Positions 21,781 to 33,822 of a DNA stretch of 64,000 nucleotides are shown here, one piece after another. Made by a program: the position numbers and the translations under genes. The notes under the pieces were generated by a model. It was not told the DNA's origin and did no database searches. It was given only the letters and a program-made list of their open reading frames with translations. Source of the stretch: an uncultured Trueperaceae bacterium (GTDB taxonomy: Bacteria > Deinococcota > Deinococci > Deinococcales > Trueperaceae); contig CAVSGP010000002.1 in the NCBI GenBank assembly GCA_963727505.1, positions 96,001 to 160,000 of the forward strand, in the 5' to 3' direction. How positions within the stretch are numbered: position 1 is the stretch's first letter; each line of letters opens with the position of its first letter.

Positions 21781-22791
21781 ATGGTGCTTCGTCCCGTGGA
21801 AGCCCTCGCCCTCCTCATCGCCACCCAGCCCGACCGCTCGACGACACTGCAACAGGCGCTGTCGAGCGCAGGCTGGCAGGTGGTGGCGGCGACCGAGCCT
21901 CAGGAGGCGCTCCGGCGCTTGCGCTCCGGCGGACTCGCGGCCGTGTTCTGCGACCACTACCTGCGGGGCGCGAGTCCCGGCGGGTTCTTGGCATGGTGCC
22001 GGCGCATCGCTCCGGGCCTGCCCTTCTACCAGTTCGCGACCGACCCGAACACCTTTCGCAAGACCTTCTATACCCCGGATGCGGTGCTGGCCTTCCCGCC
22101 CGAGACGGGCCGGATCCCTCACCCGCCGCGCGGCGGCGCCGCGTCCCATCCAGCGGAGGAATCCGGCGTGCCGCTCATGGGTGACACCGCAACGATGCCG
22201 TTGGGCGGGCTGCTCGACATGATGGCGGTCGTGGGGCAGAGCGCCGTCATCCGGGTGACGGGCGACGTGGAGGGGGTCCTGGTCATGGACCGCGGCGTGC
22301 TGCAGCACGCGGAGGCCGGCGCAGGCGTGCTGGGCGTGCGGGCCGTGGCCGAGCTCATCGCCGCGCGCGACGCCTCGTTCCGGGTCGAGGACTACGCCCC
22401 GCCGCCCCGGCGGACGCTCAGCCTGCCGACCGGCACCGCGCTCACCGAAGCCGCCAAGCTCGCCGACGAGCTGGCGCGCGACCGCTCGCTGGTGGAGCGC
22501 GCGCGCCGGCACCTGCCCGATGCCCACGCTGTCGTCGCCGGCTACCCGCTGACGCCCGCAGGGATCGTCGGGGAGGGCGACATGCGCGCGGCCTTCGACC
22601 GGGCGGCGCGGCTTCTGGAAGTCAACCGGACCGGGGTCGGCCGCTTCACGCACCTGTGCCTCGAGACCGACGAGGGCGCCATCGCCATGGTGGTGTACGG
22701 AGACGGGCGCATCCTGGCGGCGACCGGGCCGCGCGGCAAGAGCCTGCGCCTGATGACGGCACTCTCAGCGGCGCTAAGAACCGCGGGCTGA
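21781..22791 (+). CDS. Atypical receiver plus DUF4388(PatA_N)-like plus roadblock-like protein; start uncertain (21781 or 21796)
   Basis: Receiver-like N-terminus (GWQVVAAT..EALRRL..VFCD), LMGDTATMPLGGLLDMM..GVLQHAE segment, and a small alpha/beta C-terminal domain. Confidence 0.65.
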   Translation: MVLRPVEALALLIATQPDRSTTLQQALSSAGWQVVAATEPQEALRRLRSGGLAAVFCDHYLRGASPGGFLAWCRRIAPGLPFYQFATDPNTFRKTFYTPDAVLAFPPETGRIPHPPRGGAASHPAEESGVPLMGDTATMPLGGLLDMMAVVGQSAVIRVTGDVEGVLVMDRGVLQHAEAGAGVLGVRAVAELIAARDASFRVEDYAPPPRRTLSLPTGTALTEAAKLADELARDRSLVERARRHLPDAHAVVAGYPLTPAGIVGEGDMRAAFDRAARLLEVNRTGVGRFTHLCLETDEGAIAMVVYGDGRILAATGPRGKSLRLMTALSAALRTAG

Positions 22792-22798
22792 CGCCGGC

Positions 22799-23626
22799 TC
22801 AGCCCAGCGCGTCCTCAGCGGCCCGGCGCATCACGTCCACCGGGGCTTCCCGACCGAACCAGCGTTCGAACGCCAGCGCACCCTGATGGATCAACATCGG
22901 CAGACCGTTCTGGACGGTCAAGCCAGCGGCCCGTGCACGGGCCAGCAGCGGCGTCTCGCGCGGCCGGTAGACCAGATCCACCACCGCGCCCTCCTCCGGC
23001 AGCATGCCCACGGACAGCGGCGACACGCCTTCGGCGGCGCCCTCCATGCCGGCGGCGGTGGCCTGGACCAGCAGGCGCGCCGAGCGCACCGCCGCCTGCA
23101 GAGCGCCCTCGTGTGCCACGGTCAGTGCGCCGCGCCCGGCCAGGTCGGTCGCCAGACGCTCGGCGCGCTCGCGCGTGCGGTTGTGGAGCGTCACCCGGGC
23201 ACCGGCCTGCAGGAGCGCGAGCGTCACAGCACGAGCCGCCCCGCCGGCGCCCAGGACGACGGTCGGCAGACCGGCCGGCGTCACGCCCAGCTCCGCAAGC
23301 GCCCCCATGAACCCCTCACCGTCGGTGTTGTCCCCCACCAGGCCGCGCGGTGTCGGCACGACGGTGTTGACCGCCCCGACGGCGCGAGCGACGTCGGTGA
23401 GGCCGTCCAGCAGGGGCATCACCGCCTGCTTGTGAGGGATGGTGACGTTGGCGCCCGCCACGTCGGTCGCCCTCAGTCCCGCCACCGCCTCGGCCAGCGC
23501 CTGCGGCGGGACATCGATGGCGAGGTAGCGAGCGTCGATGCCGCACGCACGCAGGGCGGCGCCCTGCATCGCGGGACTCAGCGAGTGCCCGGCAGGGTGG
23601 GCGAGCAACAGCACGCGCTGCGTCAT
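22799..23626 (-). CDS. aroE: Shikimate dehydrogenase
   Basis: HSLSP, NVTIPHK, GAVNT, NTD, GAGGAA and DLVYRP motifs. Confidence 0.94.
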   Translation of the reverse strand: MTQRVLLLAHPAGHSLSPAMQGAALRACGIDARYLAIDVPPQALAEAVAGLRATDVAGANVTIPHKQAVMPLLDGLTDVARAVGAVNTVVPTPRGLVGDNTDGEGFMGALAELGVTPAGLPTVVLGAGGAARAVTLALLQAGARVTLHNRTRERAERLATDLAGRGALTVAHEGALQAAVRSARLLVQATAAGMEGAAEGVSPLSVGMLPEEGAVVDLVYRPRETPLLARARAAGLTVQNGLPMLIHQGALAFERWFGREAPVDVMRRAAEDALG

Positions 23627-23642
23627 CGCTCGGGCGCAGCCT

Positions 23643-24674
23643 TCAGGCGGTCGCGACCGGCCGCGCCTGCCGGCGCAGCACTTCCAGGGCACGATCGACG
23701 TCCTCGTCGGTCACCTGGTGGTGCGTGGCCAGCCGCACGCGGCCCGGACCGACGGCGTTGAACCGCACCCCCTGCTCCGCGCAGCGCTCGGCGAATGCCG
23801 GCGCGTCGGCGACAGCCAGATAAACCATGTTGGTCTGTACCGTCTCCAGGTCGATCTCCACGCCCGGCACATCCGCCAGCCCCTCGGCCAGACGGCGGGC
23901 CCGGGCGTGGTCCTCGTGCAACCGCTGCGGCATGGTCTCCAGGGCGTGGAGTCCGGCCGCGGCCAGCACGCCGGCCTGGCGCATCCCACCCCCCAGCATC
24001 TTGCGGTAGCGGTGGGCGCGATCGATGAACGTACGGCTCCCCAGGAGCACGCTGCCCACCGGGGCGCCCAGGCCCTTGCTGAGGCAGATCGATACCGAGT
24101 CGAAGCCGGCACACACCTGGTCGATCCCCACCTCGAGCGCAGCCGCCGCATTGAAGGCGCGCGCGCCGTCCAGGTGCACCGGCAATCCCTCGTCGTGCGC
24201 GAGCTTGGCGATGGCACGGCTGACCTCGAGCGGCACGACCGTCCCGCCGGCGCCGTTGTGGGTGTTCTCCAGCGAGATCAGGCCCGTCGGGGCCTGGTGC
24301 ACGCTGCGGTGGATGGCCGCGCGAACGTCCTCGACCCGCGGCACGCCCCGCGGCGCCGGAACCAGCCGGGGGACCAGCCCGCCCACGACCGCCAGCGAGG
24401 CCAGCTCGAAGTCGTAGATGTGAGCGCCCTCGGGAGCGATCACCTCCACGCCGCGCTGCGTGTGGGTGGCCAGTGCCACCTGGTTGCTCATGCTGCCGCT
24501 GGGCATGAAGAGTCCCGCCTCGAAGCCGGCGCGCTCCGCCAGGCTGCTCTGGAGGCGGTTGACGGTGGGATCCTCTCCGTAGACGTCGTCCCCCACCTCG
24601 GCCTCCGCCATGACCCTGCGCATGGCGGGCGTGGGCGTGGTGACGGTGTCGCTTCGTAGGTCGATGACGCGCAT
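23643..24674 (-). CDS. ltaE: Low-specificity L-threonine aldolase
   Basis: [28 protein letters not shown] and CLSKGLGAP motifs. Confidence 0.94.
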   Translation of the reverse strand: MRVIDLRSDTVTTPTPAMRRVMAEAEVGDDVYGEDPTVNRLQSSLAERAGFEAGLFMPSGSMSNQVALATHTQRGVEVIAPEGAHIYDFELASLAVVGGLVPRLVPAPRGVPRVEDVRAAIHRSVHQAPTGLISLENTHNGAGGTVVPLEVSRAIAKLAHDEGLPVHLDGARAFNAAAALEVGIDQVCAGFDSVSICLSKGLGAPVGSVLLGSRTFIDRAHRYRKMLGGGMRQAGVLAAAGLHALETMPQRLHEDHARARRLAEGLADVPGVEIDLETVQTNMVYLAVADAPAFAERCAEQGVRFNAVGPGRVRLATHHQVTDEDVDRALEVLRRQARPVATA

Positions 24675-24755
24675 GGCGGCATTGTATCCCCGCGCCTGGC
24701 GTGCGCCCCCGGTCGACATGCACGCTTCGCGGCCCGAGGATGCCGGCCCCTCTGC

Positions 24756-25721
24756 TCAGCCGGCCTCGAACGCCGCAGCGTAGCTGCACAGCGTCTCCAG
24801 ATCGACGTTCCCGCCGCAGATCACCAGCACCAGCCGGGCATCGTCAGGGATGCGCCCCTCGCGGCGCAGGCGGCGCGCGGCTGCGACCGTGCAACCGGCC
24901 GCCAGCTCCGCCGTGACCTTGGCGCGCTCGAGCAACCACCGCGAGCCCCGGTACGCCTCCGCATCGGAGACCACCACGACGTCCTGCGCACGTCTCCGGA
25001 CTACGTCCAGGGCGAGATCGCAAGTGGTGGGGGCCCCGAGCGTGCGCGCCAACGAGGTCGGTTCCATGCTGACCGGCTGCCCCGCCGCCAGGGAACGCGT
25101 CATCACGTCCGCTCCCTCGGTCTCCACGCCCCACAGCCGGATCGCCGGCAGCCGCTCCGCGAGGGCCGTGGCGACGCCGCCGAAGAGCCCACCGCCGCCG
25201 ATGCTGACGACGGCGTCGGTGGCGTCCGGCAGGTCCTCGGCGATCTCGAGTCCCAGCGTGCCGTTCCCCGCCATCATCGCTTCGGGCGCGAACGGATGGA
25301 GCTGCACCCAGCCGTCCTCCCGGTAGCGCTCGCTGCGTTCGAACGCGGCCGGGATGCCGGGCGTCAGCTCGACCTCGGCGCCGTACCCGCGGGTCGCCTC
25401 GACGTAGTTCGACGGCGTGGTCTCGGGCATCAACACCCGGCAACGCACGCCCAGCTCGCGCGCGGCGAAGGCCGCACCCTGTGCGAAGTTCCCACCGCTG
25501 ACGGCGACCACGCCGCGCTCGCGGGCTTCCGGAAGGACCTCCAGCAGCTGCGCGAACGCCCCGCGCGGCTTGAACGAGCCCGTCTTCTGGAACAGCTCGA
25601 GCTTGAGCCACGCCTCGCACCCCAGCTCGCGGCTCAGGGTATCGCTGTGCTCGATGGGCGTGCGGCGCACGTAGGGCGCGACCCGTTCACGGGCGGCCTC
25701 GATGCGTGCGAGATCCAGCAT
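24756..25721 (-). CDS. PLP-dependent Ser/Thr dehydratase or serine racemase family protein (no ACT domain)
   Basis: KLELFQKTGSFKPRGA, SIGGGGL and CGGNVD motifs. Own GGAGGAG RBS before the ATG at 25721. In frame with trmFO with no intervening stop. Confidence 0.88.
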   Translation of the reverse strand: MLDLARIEAARERVAPYVRRTPIEHSDTLSRELGCEAWLKLELFQKTGSFKPRGAFAQLLEVLPEARERGVVAVSGGNFAQGAAFAARELGVRCRVLMPETTPSNYVEATRGYGAEVELTPGIPAAFERSERYREDGWVQLHPFAPEAMMAGNGTLGLEIAEDLPDATDAVVSIGGGGLFGGVATALAERLPAIRLWGVETEGADVMTRSLAAGQPVSMEPTSLARTLGAPTTCDLALDVVRRRAQDVVVVSDAEAYRGSRWLLERAKVTAELAAGCTVAAARRLRREGRIPDDARLVLVICGGNVDLETLCSYAAAFEAG

Positions 25722-25759
25722 GCGATGCTCCTCCGAATCCCCGCTCCGCCTCGGCGCCG

Positions 25760-27107
25760 TCAACCGGCCACGGCCTCGCCGCTGGCCCGCCCCGAGCGCC
25801 TCGGCCAGCCAAGCCTCGAAGGACGCGAGGCCGCGCCGGTACATCGCCGTGCGGCGCTCCTTCCTGCCCTGCCCCTTGCGCTTCGGCAGCATCGGCACCA
25901 GGCCCCAGTTGGCGTTCATGGGCTGGAAGTTGTCGGGGTTGGCGCCCGCCAGGAAACGCACCAGACCCCCGAGCATGCTGTCCTCGGGAGGCACCACGCC
26001 CTCCAGGCCGAGCGCCCGCCGGGCGGCGTTGGTGCCCGCCAGCCAGCCGGTCGCCGAGGACTCGAGGTAGCCCTCGGTGCCCGCAAGCACGCCGGCCGTG
26101 AACCAGTCGGGGTGCTCGCGGAAGGTCAAGCTCGGCTCCAGCAGCCGCGGCGCGTTGAGGTAGGTGTTGCGGTGCATGACGCCGAAGCGCACGACGTCGG
26201 CCTGCTCGAGCCCGGGGATGGCGCGCACGACCTCCTTCTGGTCACCCCACGCCAGACCGGTCTGGAAGCCCACCAGCGACCACATCTGGCCGCGCGCATC
26301 CTCCTGTCGCAACTGCGCCACCGCGAAGAAGCGGTCGCCGGTCTCGGGATGCTCCAGGCCGACCGGCTTCAGAGGACCGAAGCGCGGGGTGTCGTAGCCA
26401 CGCCGCGCCAGCTCCTCGATCGGCATGCAGCCTTCGAAGAACTCGAGCTTCTCCCAATCGTGGGGCACGTGCTTGCGCGCCGTCGTGAGGAGCTCGTAGA
26501 AGGCGTCGTAACGCTCCTTGGTGAACGGCAGGTTGAGGTAGTCGGCCGCCTGCCCGTAGCGCCCCTTGCGGAAGGCGATGTTCATGTCGACACTGTCGAC
26601 GTCGATGACCGGCGCCGCCGCGTCGTAGAAGCCCAGGAAGTCCGTGCCCAGGCGCTCCTTCAGATCAGCGGCCAACGCGTCGCTGGTCAGCGGCCCGGTG
26701 GCCAGCACCACGATGCCCTCGGGCAGCGCCGTCAGCTCACCGGTGTGCACGGTGATCGAAGGATGCCCGCGCACCGCCTCGGTGACGCCGCGGCTGAACG
26801 CCTCGCGGTCGACGGCCAACGCGCCGCCCGCAGGAACGCGGCAGGCGTGGGCCGTGGTCATCACCACCCCGCCCGCGGCGCGCATCTCGGCCTGCAACAG
26901 CCCCTTGGCGTTGCTCTCGCCCTCGCCACCGAAGCTGTTGGAGCACACCAGCTCGGCGAAATCGCCGGTGTGGTGGGCGGGAGTCATGGCCACGGGGCGC
27001 ATCTCGTGCAGGTGCACGTGCACGCCCAGGCGCGCGGCGGCGAGCGCCGCGTCGCTGCCGGCCATGCCGGCTCCGATGACGGTGATGGAGGGCCGGGACT
27101 CGCTCAT
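25760..27107 (-). CDS. trmFO: Methylenetetrahydrofolate-tRNA-(uracil-5-)-methyltransferase TrmFO; 3' end ambiguous because it reads through in frame to 24756
   Basis: GAGMAGS, AELVCSNS, FFEGCMPIE, VGFQT, GVMHRNTY and NANWGL motifs. End placed at the off-frame TGA (25760-25762). Confidence 0.9.
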
Positions 27108-27405
27108 GCCGCGAGTGTAACAGCGCGCCCGTCGGGCACCGGTCCGCCCCGACGCACGCGAACCACCCCGCGCTGCAGGGTGGTCCGTGGGTCGCTCTCA
27201 GGCGCTCAGGGGGGGACGCCAAGCCGAGCTTCCTGTTCGGCTCATCCACAATCTACGCCGCCATCAGGAGAGCGCGATGACCGGGAGGTGAAAAGGCTGA
27301 GCGGGATCGAAGCGGCGCGCGCAGCGACACCTCGTCGGGTCCGAGGGGTCGCGAAGTCGCGCCGTCGTGCCGGGCCGACTAGACTGGGCCTGGACGGGAG
27401 GCGCC

Positions 27406-27909
27406 ATGCAATCCACCCCATCGGCAGGCTCGATCCAGGAGGCCATCCCCAACAACCACTGCTGGGGCTGCGGCACCCTGAACCCGGACGGCCTGCACAT
27501 CCATAGCCACTTCGAGGGCGATACCTCGGTGTGCGTGCACGTGCCGGACGACGCCTTCATGGCCGGTCCCACGCACGTGCTCAACGGCGGCATCCTCGCC
27601 ACGTTGGTCGATTGCCACTGCGTCTGCACCGCCATCGCAGACGCCTACCGGAGCGAGGGCCGCGCCGTGGGCGAGCCGCCGGAGATCTGGTACGCCACGG
27701 CCAACCTGTCGCTCGACTATCGGCGCCCCACACCGCTCGGCGGTCCCGTCACGCTACGCGCGCAGATCATCGAGCGCTCGGCGCGCAAGCGCGTGCTGCG
27801 CTGCCACGTCGAGGCGGGCGGGGAACGCACGGTGGAGGCGACCGTGGTCGCGGTGCGCGTACCCCCCGCGTGGCGGGAGACCCACGGGCATGGTGGGGGT
27901 CGCTTGTGA
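27406..27909 (+). CDS. PaaI/hotdog-fold thioesterase
   Basis: CWGCG..NPDGL, LNGGILATLVDCH and YRRPTP motifs. GGAGG RBS. Confidence 0.88.
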   Translation: MQSTPSAGSIQEAIPNNHCWGCGTLNPDGLHIHSHFEGDTSVCVHVPDDAFMAGPTHVLNGGILATLVDCHCVCTAIADAYRSEGRAVGEPPEIWYATANLSLDYRRPTPLGGPVTLRAQIIERSARKRVLRCHVEAGGERTVEATVVAVRVPPAWRETHGHGGGRL

Positions 27910-28934
27910 ACAACCGGGCGCTGCGCAGTCGCAGGTTCGTCACGCTGCTGGCGCTCGGGGCCGCCACGCTGCTCCAGACCGCGCTCGCGCAGAGCGCGCC
28001 CGCCTGGCGCGCCCTCTACCGCGGCACGGCGGGGAACGCGCCGGCCGTGCTCGAGCTCACGCTGCAGGGCCAGCAGGCGAGCGGCCGGCTTCTGCTCAAC
28101 GGCCGCGCAGTCACCCTCGGCGGCCAGGGCACCGTGGACGCTTCGGGCGGCGTGCGTCTCACGCTCGAGGACTCCGGCGGCGCCGAGCGCGGCGTGCTGA
28201 GCGGGAGCCGCTCGCTTGCTCCCAACGACGCCGGTCGGACGTTCCAGGGACAGCTCGTCCTCGACGGCGCCTCCGACCCCCTCACGATGCAGCGCGTGGC
28301 ACAATTCGTGGACGTGGACGTGCGCGAAGGTCCCATCCACGCGAGCCTGCGCTACCCGAGCTTCGCGGCGGGGCCGCTGGCGGCCCTCGATCCCTCCATC
28401 GAGCCCGCGGCGCGGGCTTCCCTGACCGCTTTCGTCGACCAGGGCCGGAAGGCGCAGGCCGCGGGCGAGCTGTTCCACGGCTGGGAGCGGATCACCACGA
28501 CCCGGGTCGAGGGCATGGCGGGCCCCTTCGTCAGCCTCCTGAGCCGGACCTACACCTACACCGGAGGGGCGCACGGCAACGACACCTACAGCGCGCGCAC
28601 CTGGCGCCTGGGCGCGCCGCAGCCGCGCGAGCTGCGGCTGTCCGACCTGTTCAGGCCGAACGCCCCCTACCTGGCACGCCTGGTCCCGCTGGTGCTGGCC
28701 GACCTGAAGGCGCAAGACGCCACCTGGGTCGTCGACGGGCAGGTGACGACACTCGGCGCGGCGGACCTGGCGCTGTTCACGCTCACGCCGGCCGGTCTGA
28801 CGTTCACCTTCCCTCCTTACGCCATGGGGCCCTACGTCCAGGGCGCCTTCACGGTGACCGTCCCCTACCACCGCGTGCTCGACCTGGCGCTACCCGCAGG
28901 CGCCCTGGCTGCCTTCGCGGGCACGGGGCCCTGA
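27906..28934 (+). CDS. Secreted DUF3298/RsiV-PdaC-like protein
   Basis: Signal peptide, YTYTGGAHG, LSDLF and FPPYAMGPYVQG motifs. GTGA overlap with the thioesterase. Confidence 0.75.
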   Translation: MNNRALRSRRFVTLLALGAATLLQTALAQSAPAWRALYRGTAGNAPAVLELTLQGQQASGRLLLNGRAVTLGGQGTVDASGGVRLTLEDSGGAERGVLSGSRSLAPNDAGRTFQGQLVLDGASDPLTMQRVAQFVDVDVREGPIHASLRYPSFAAGPLAALDPSIEPAARASLTAFVDQGRKAQAAGELFHGWERITTTRVEGMAGPFVSLLSRTYTYTGGAHGNDTYSARTWRLGAPQPRELRLSDLFRPNAPYLARLVPLVLADLKAQDATWVVDGQVTTLGAADLALFTLTPAGLTFTFPPYAMGPYVQGAFTVTVPYHRVLDLALPAGALAAFAGTGP

Positions 28935-29055
28935 GCCGGACCGCCCCGGTTCCGGCGCTCCGGGTGGCCGGCGCTCCGGAGGCCTTGCGAGCGCAGATCG
29001 ACGGCGCACGCCGTCCCTTCGAAGCCGGAGCGCGGCCGCCGCCGTCCAACGGCGC

Positions 29056-29084
29056 TTGCCAGCGCACGCCCCTCGAAGTAGCCT
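29056..29084 (+). promoter_or_regulatory. Sigma70-type promoter of htpG
   Basis: TTGCCA, 17-nt spacer, TAGCCT. Confidence 0.55.
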
Positions 29085-29162
29085 GAAGGGCGTGCCGGAC
29101 GCCTTCCCCGCGCCCCTTCGGGCGCCACGGGACGGTGCCGCGGCCAACCCCCGGGAGGTTGC

Positions 29163-31061
<1,899 letters not shown>

Positions 31062-31070
<9 letters not shown>

Positions 31071-32504
31071 GCTGCGACGCCGCGGCCGGAGCCGCTGCAA
31101 CAGCGCCAGGATGAGGGCGAGCAGGATCAGTGCTCCACCGAAGCCCAGCACGATGAGGTGGTCGCGCAGCGGTATGGACCACACGTCGGCGGGCAGCGAG
31201 GTGGCGAGGTAGCGCGCCCCGGCAGCCAGGCCCCCGAGCACGCCGAACTGCGCCAACGAGGCCTGGGGCGGCGCGGCCGCGGCGTGCAGCGATGCCAGGC
31301 GGCTCAACAGGTAGGTCCCGCCGGCCGCGCCCAGCGCGATCGCGAAGCCGGCGTACGCCAGCCGCTGCAGCCCGGCCGAAGTGACGAGCAGCAAGATGAG
31401 GAACAGGAGCGACAGGCCGCCGGCCAGCCAGGTCCAGGTCCGGTAGCGGGCGTGGGCAGCCGACGAGAAGGCGTTCAGAACCGGCGCCACCCGCTCCACC
31501 TTGGTCTTCTGGTCGCTGCGCGTCATGAGCGCCACGATGGCGGTCGAGCCCTGGTCGTAGTTGCGCTGGGCGAGCGCGTCGAGCACCGCCGAGTCGGCCT
31601 GCTGCTGGCTCAGGCCGGCGAGCTGGGAGGCGGGCAGCAACCCGGCCAGGCTCTCGCTCTTCTGCTGGTCGCCCTGGACCGCAGCCTTGGCCTCGGACAG
31701 ACGCGACGCGATGGCGTCCTGGTGACCCCGGAAAACGGTGGCGTAGAAGCTGTGAAGGCTTCGCGGCACGGAGTCCTGCAGCGCCTGATCGAAGCGCGCG
31801 CGCAGGTTGGTGTTGACCACCTTCTGTTGCGTCGCCGCCAAGCCGTCGGCCAGCACGCCGTCGGCCAGCTTGGACACCACCATCTCACCGATCTGGCGGT
31901 TGGTCATGCTGCGGAGCTGAGCGGGCGGAGCGTACACGAACACGCCGACGATGGGCTGAACCTGCTGGCCGGGGTTGTCGGCCGCCTGCTTGGGCCAGTC
32001 GGCGACCCGCGAACCGTCCTCGAGCCCGGAAGGGAGCATCTCGGCGCCCAGGCCTGCCCGCACGAGCTCCGGCACGGTGCCCTGCAGCGCCTGTTGGAGC
32101 TGGGCTCGGATGCCCGCGTCGGTCACCGATGCGAGGGCCGCCGAGCCTCCGCCCTGGATGGTCTTGTCGGCCATCACGCCGGCGATCCTGTTGATCGCCT
32201 GATCCACCGTGAAGGTGGGCACCTCGGTCGGGTCAGCGTAGACTTCGACGCCCGGAAGCAACGTGAGCTTCTGTCCCGGCTGGTAAGCGGCGCCGGTCCG
32301 GACCGCCAGCCCGGCGTTGCCCGAACCCTGGGGCATCAGCGTGAGCGCGAGCATCTCGTGCAGCACCGGCAAAGCACGCTGGCGGACGGTCAGCTCGCTC
32401 AGGCTGAAGGCCAGGGTGGCGACCGCCAGGGCAAGCACCAGAAGGATGGCGCTCAGCCACTTGACGTCACGATGCCAGGCGGGGCTTCGTTCGGTTCGCA
32501 GCAT
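31062..32504 (-). CDS. Hypothetical membrane protein: one N-terminal TM, large repeated extracytoplasmic region, about 3 C-terminal TMs
   Basis: GC3-rich codons, GAGGAG RBS before MLRTER, hydrophobic segments at both ends. Confidence 0.75.
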
Positions 32505-32640
32505 CGACTCCTCATCCTCGGGGCGGCCGCGGGCGGCGCCCCTGGCCCGCGGGCGGGCGTTGGCCCAGCTTACCGTGTCGGCCCCCGGCTCCGTCAGCCC
32601 GACGGCCGACAGCCTTGAGAGCGGCGCGTATCCTGGTCCC

Positions 32641-33672
32641 ATGCCCGATGCCGATCCCAAGGCCATCACCGTCGTCCCGCTGATGGGCCCGCTCCACCTG
32701 CGGCTTCCTCAGTACAACGCGGTCAGCGTACTGCGCTCCGTCGAGGCGTACGAGCCGAGCGTGGTGGCGCTCGCACCGCTCGCGCCCGGCTCGCTGGCGG
32801 ACCCCGCATGGCAGGACTGTCTGGAGCTCCCGCTGCCCCACACCGTCGTGCCGTGGGCGCGCCGCACCGGCACGCCGCTGGCCGAGGTCGGCTACCGCAC
32901 CGCCGACGAGGGCGCCGAGAACGAGTTCCGCGGCTACCTGCAGTCGTACGACGGGGGTCGCGCACTGCTGGCTTCGGTCGACGCCGAGGAACGCCCCGTC
33001 CGCGAGCTGCTCGAGCGCCCGTTGACGCTCGACAACGTGCTCGATGAGCTGGTGCCGGCCGTTGAGCGCTTCCAGCAGCGGCGTCGCGAGGCCTTCGGGG
33101 AGGGGCCCGGCACCGGCTGGCAGGAGCAACGCGCCGCGAAGACGGTCGAGGCGGTGCTGGCGCTCGAAGGCGAACGGGTGGCGCTGCTCGCCGGCGTCGA
33201 CGACGTTCCTGCGCTGCAGGCGGCGCTGGCGGGGCGCGCCCGGCTCCAACGCTCGCCTCGACCGGCCGTCGACGACGCGGTGAGGCGCCGCAGCCTGCTC
33301 GACTACGCCATGCGCGGCGAAGCGCCCGACCCCGAAGCCCTGCTCGGGCAGCTCCAGGAGATCGACGAGCCGGAGGCGCGCTACATGGAGGCCAACCTGC
33401 TGCTGCAGGTCGGCGAGATCCAGGAGGCGCTGGAGGTGCTGGAGCACACCAGCACGCTGGACTTCGTCGAGCCCTACTACCTGCCGGGCTTCCTGCTCTC
33501 GCGCCTCGGTCAGCTCTACGACCTGGTCGGGCGACGCGACGCCGCCCTGCGCGCCTACCGCGGCGTGCGGGCGCTCGGCTACGCTCCCGCCGAGGCCGTG
33601 AGCGCCGCCGAGGCCGGGCTCGAGCGCCCCTTCACGCTGGGCGAGGCGGAGCCGGTCCCGACGGAGCGCTGA
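32641..33672 (+). CDS. Hypothetical protein with C-terminal TPR-like helices
   Basis: TATCCT 6 nt before the ATG; EARYMEANLLLQVG and LSRLGQLYDLVGRRDAALRAY are TPR-like. Confidence 0.75.
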   Translation: MPDADPKAITVVPLMGPLHLRLPQYNAVSVLRSVEAYEPSVVALAPLAPGSLADPAWQDCLELPLPHTVVPWARRTGTPLAEVGYRTADEGAENEFRGYLQSYDGGRALLASVDAEERPVRELLERPLTLDNVLDELVPAVERFQQRRREAFGEGPGTGWQEQRAAKTVEAVLALEGERVALLAGVDDVPALQAALAGRARLQRSPRPAVDDAVRRRSLLDYAMRGEAPDPEALLGQLQEIDEPEARYMEANLLLQVGEIQEALEVLEHTSTLDFVEPYYLPGFLLSRLGQLYDLVGRRDAALRAYRGVRALGYAPAEAVSAAEAGLERPFTLGEAEPVPTER

Positions 33673-33822
33673 CCCGGCGGAACCGGAGGGCGGTTCCCGG
33701 GCTCGGTCCCGTCGAGTACAATCGCTCCATCCCACTCGTGGTCGTAGGCACCACCCGGGCGACAGGCAACAACGGGGGGAGCGCTCGTGTCGGGGCGCGG
33801 CACGGGAGGTAAGGGGCCGAGG

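Noticed and set aside
27191..27275. Glycine riboswitch or SRP RNA (CTCTCAGG, GGAGAG and CAGGAAGC words)
   Set aside because: The glycine aptamer CCGAAG core is absent and the order and spacing are wrong. The SRP helix-8 motif (CAGG..GNRA..AGCA) is not present. Kept only as an unassigned structured RNA candidate.
33717..33822. c-di-GMP riboswitch in the leader of the diguanylate cyclase
   Set aside because: Only short hairpins are visible; I recognise no class I or class II consensus.
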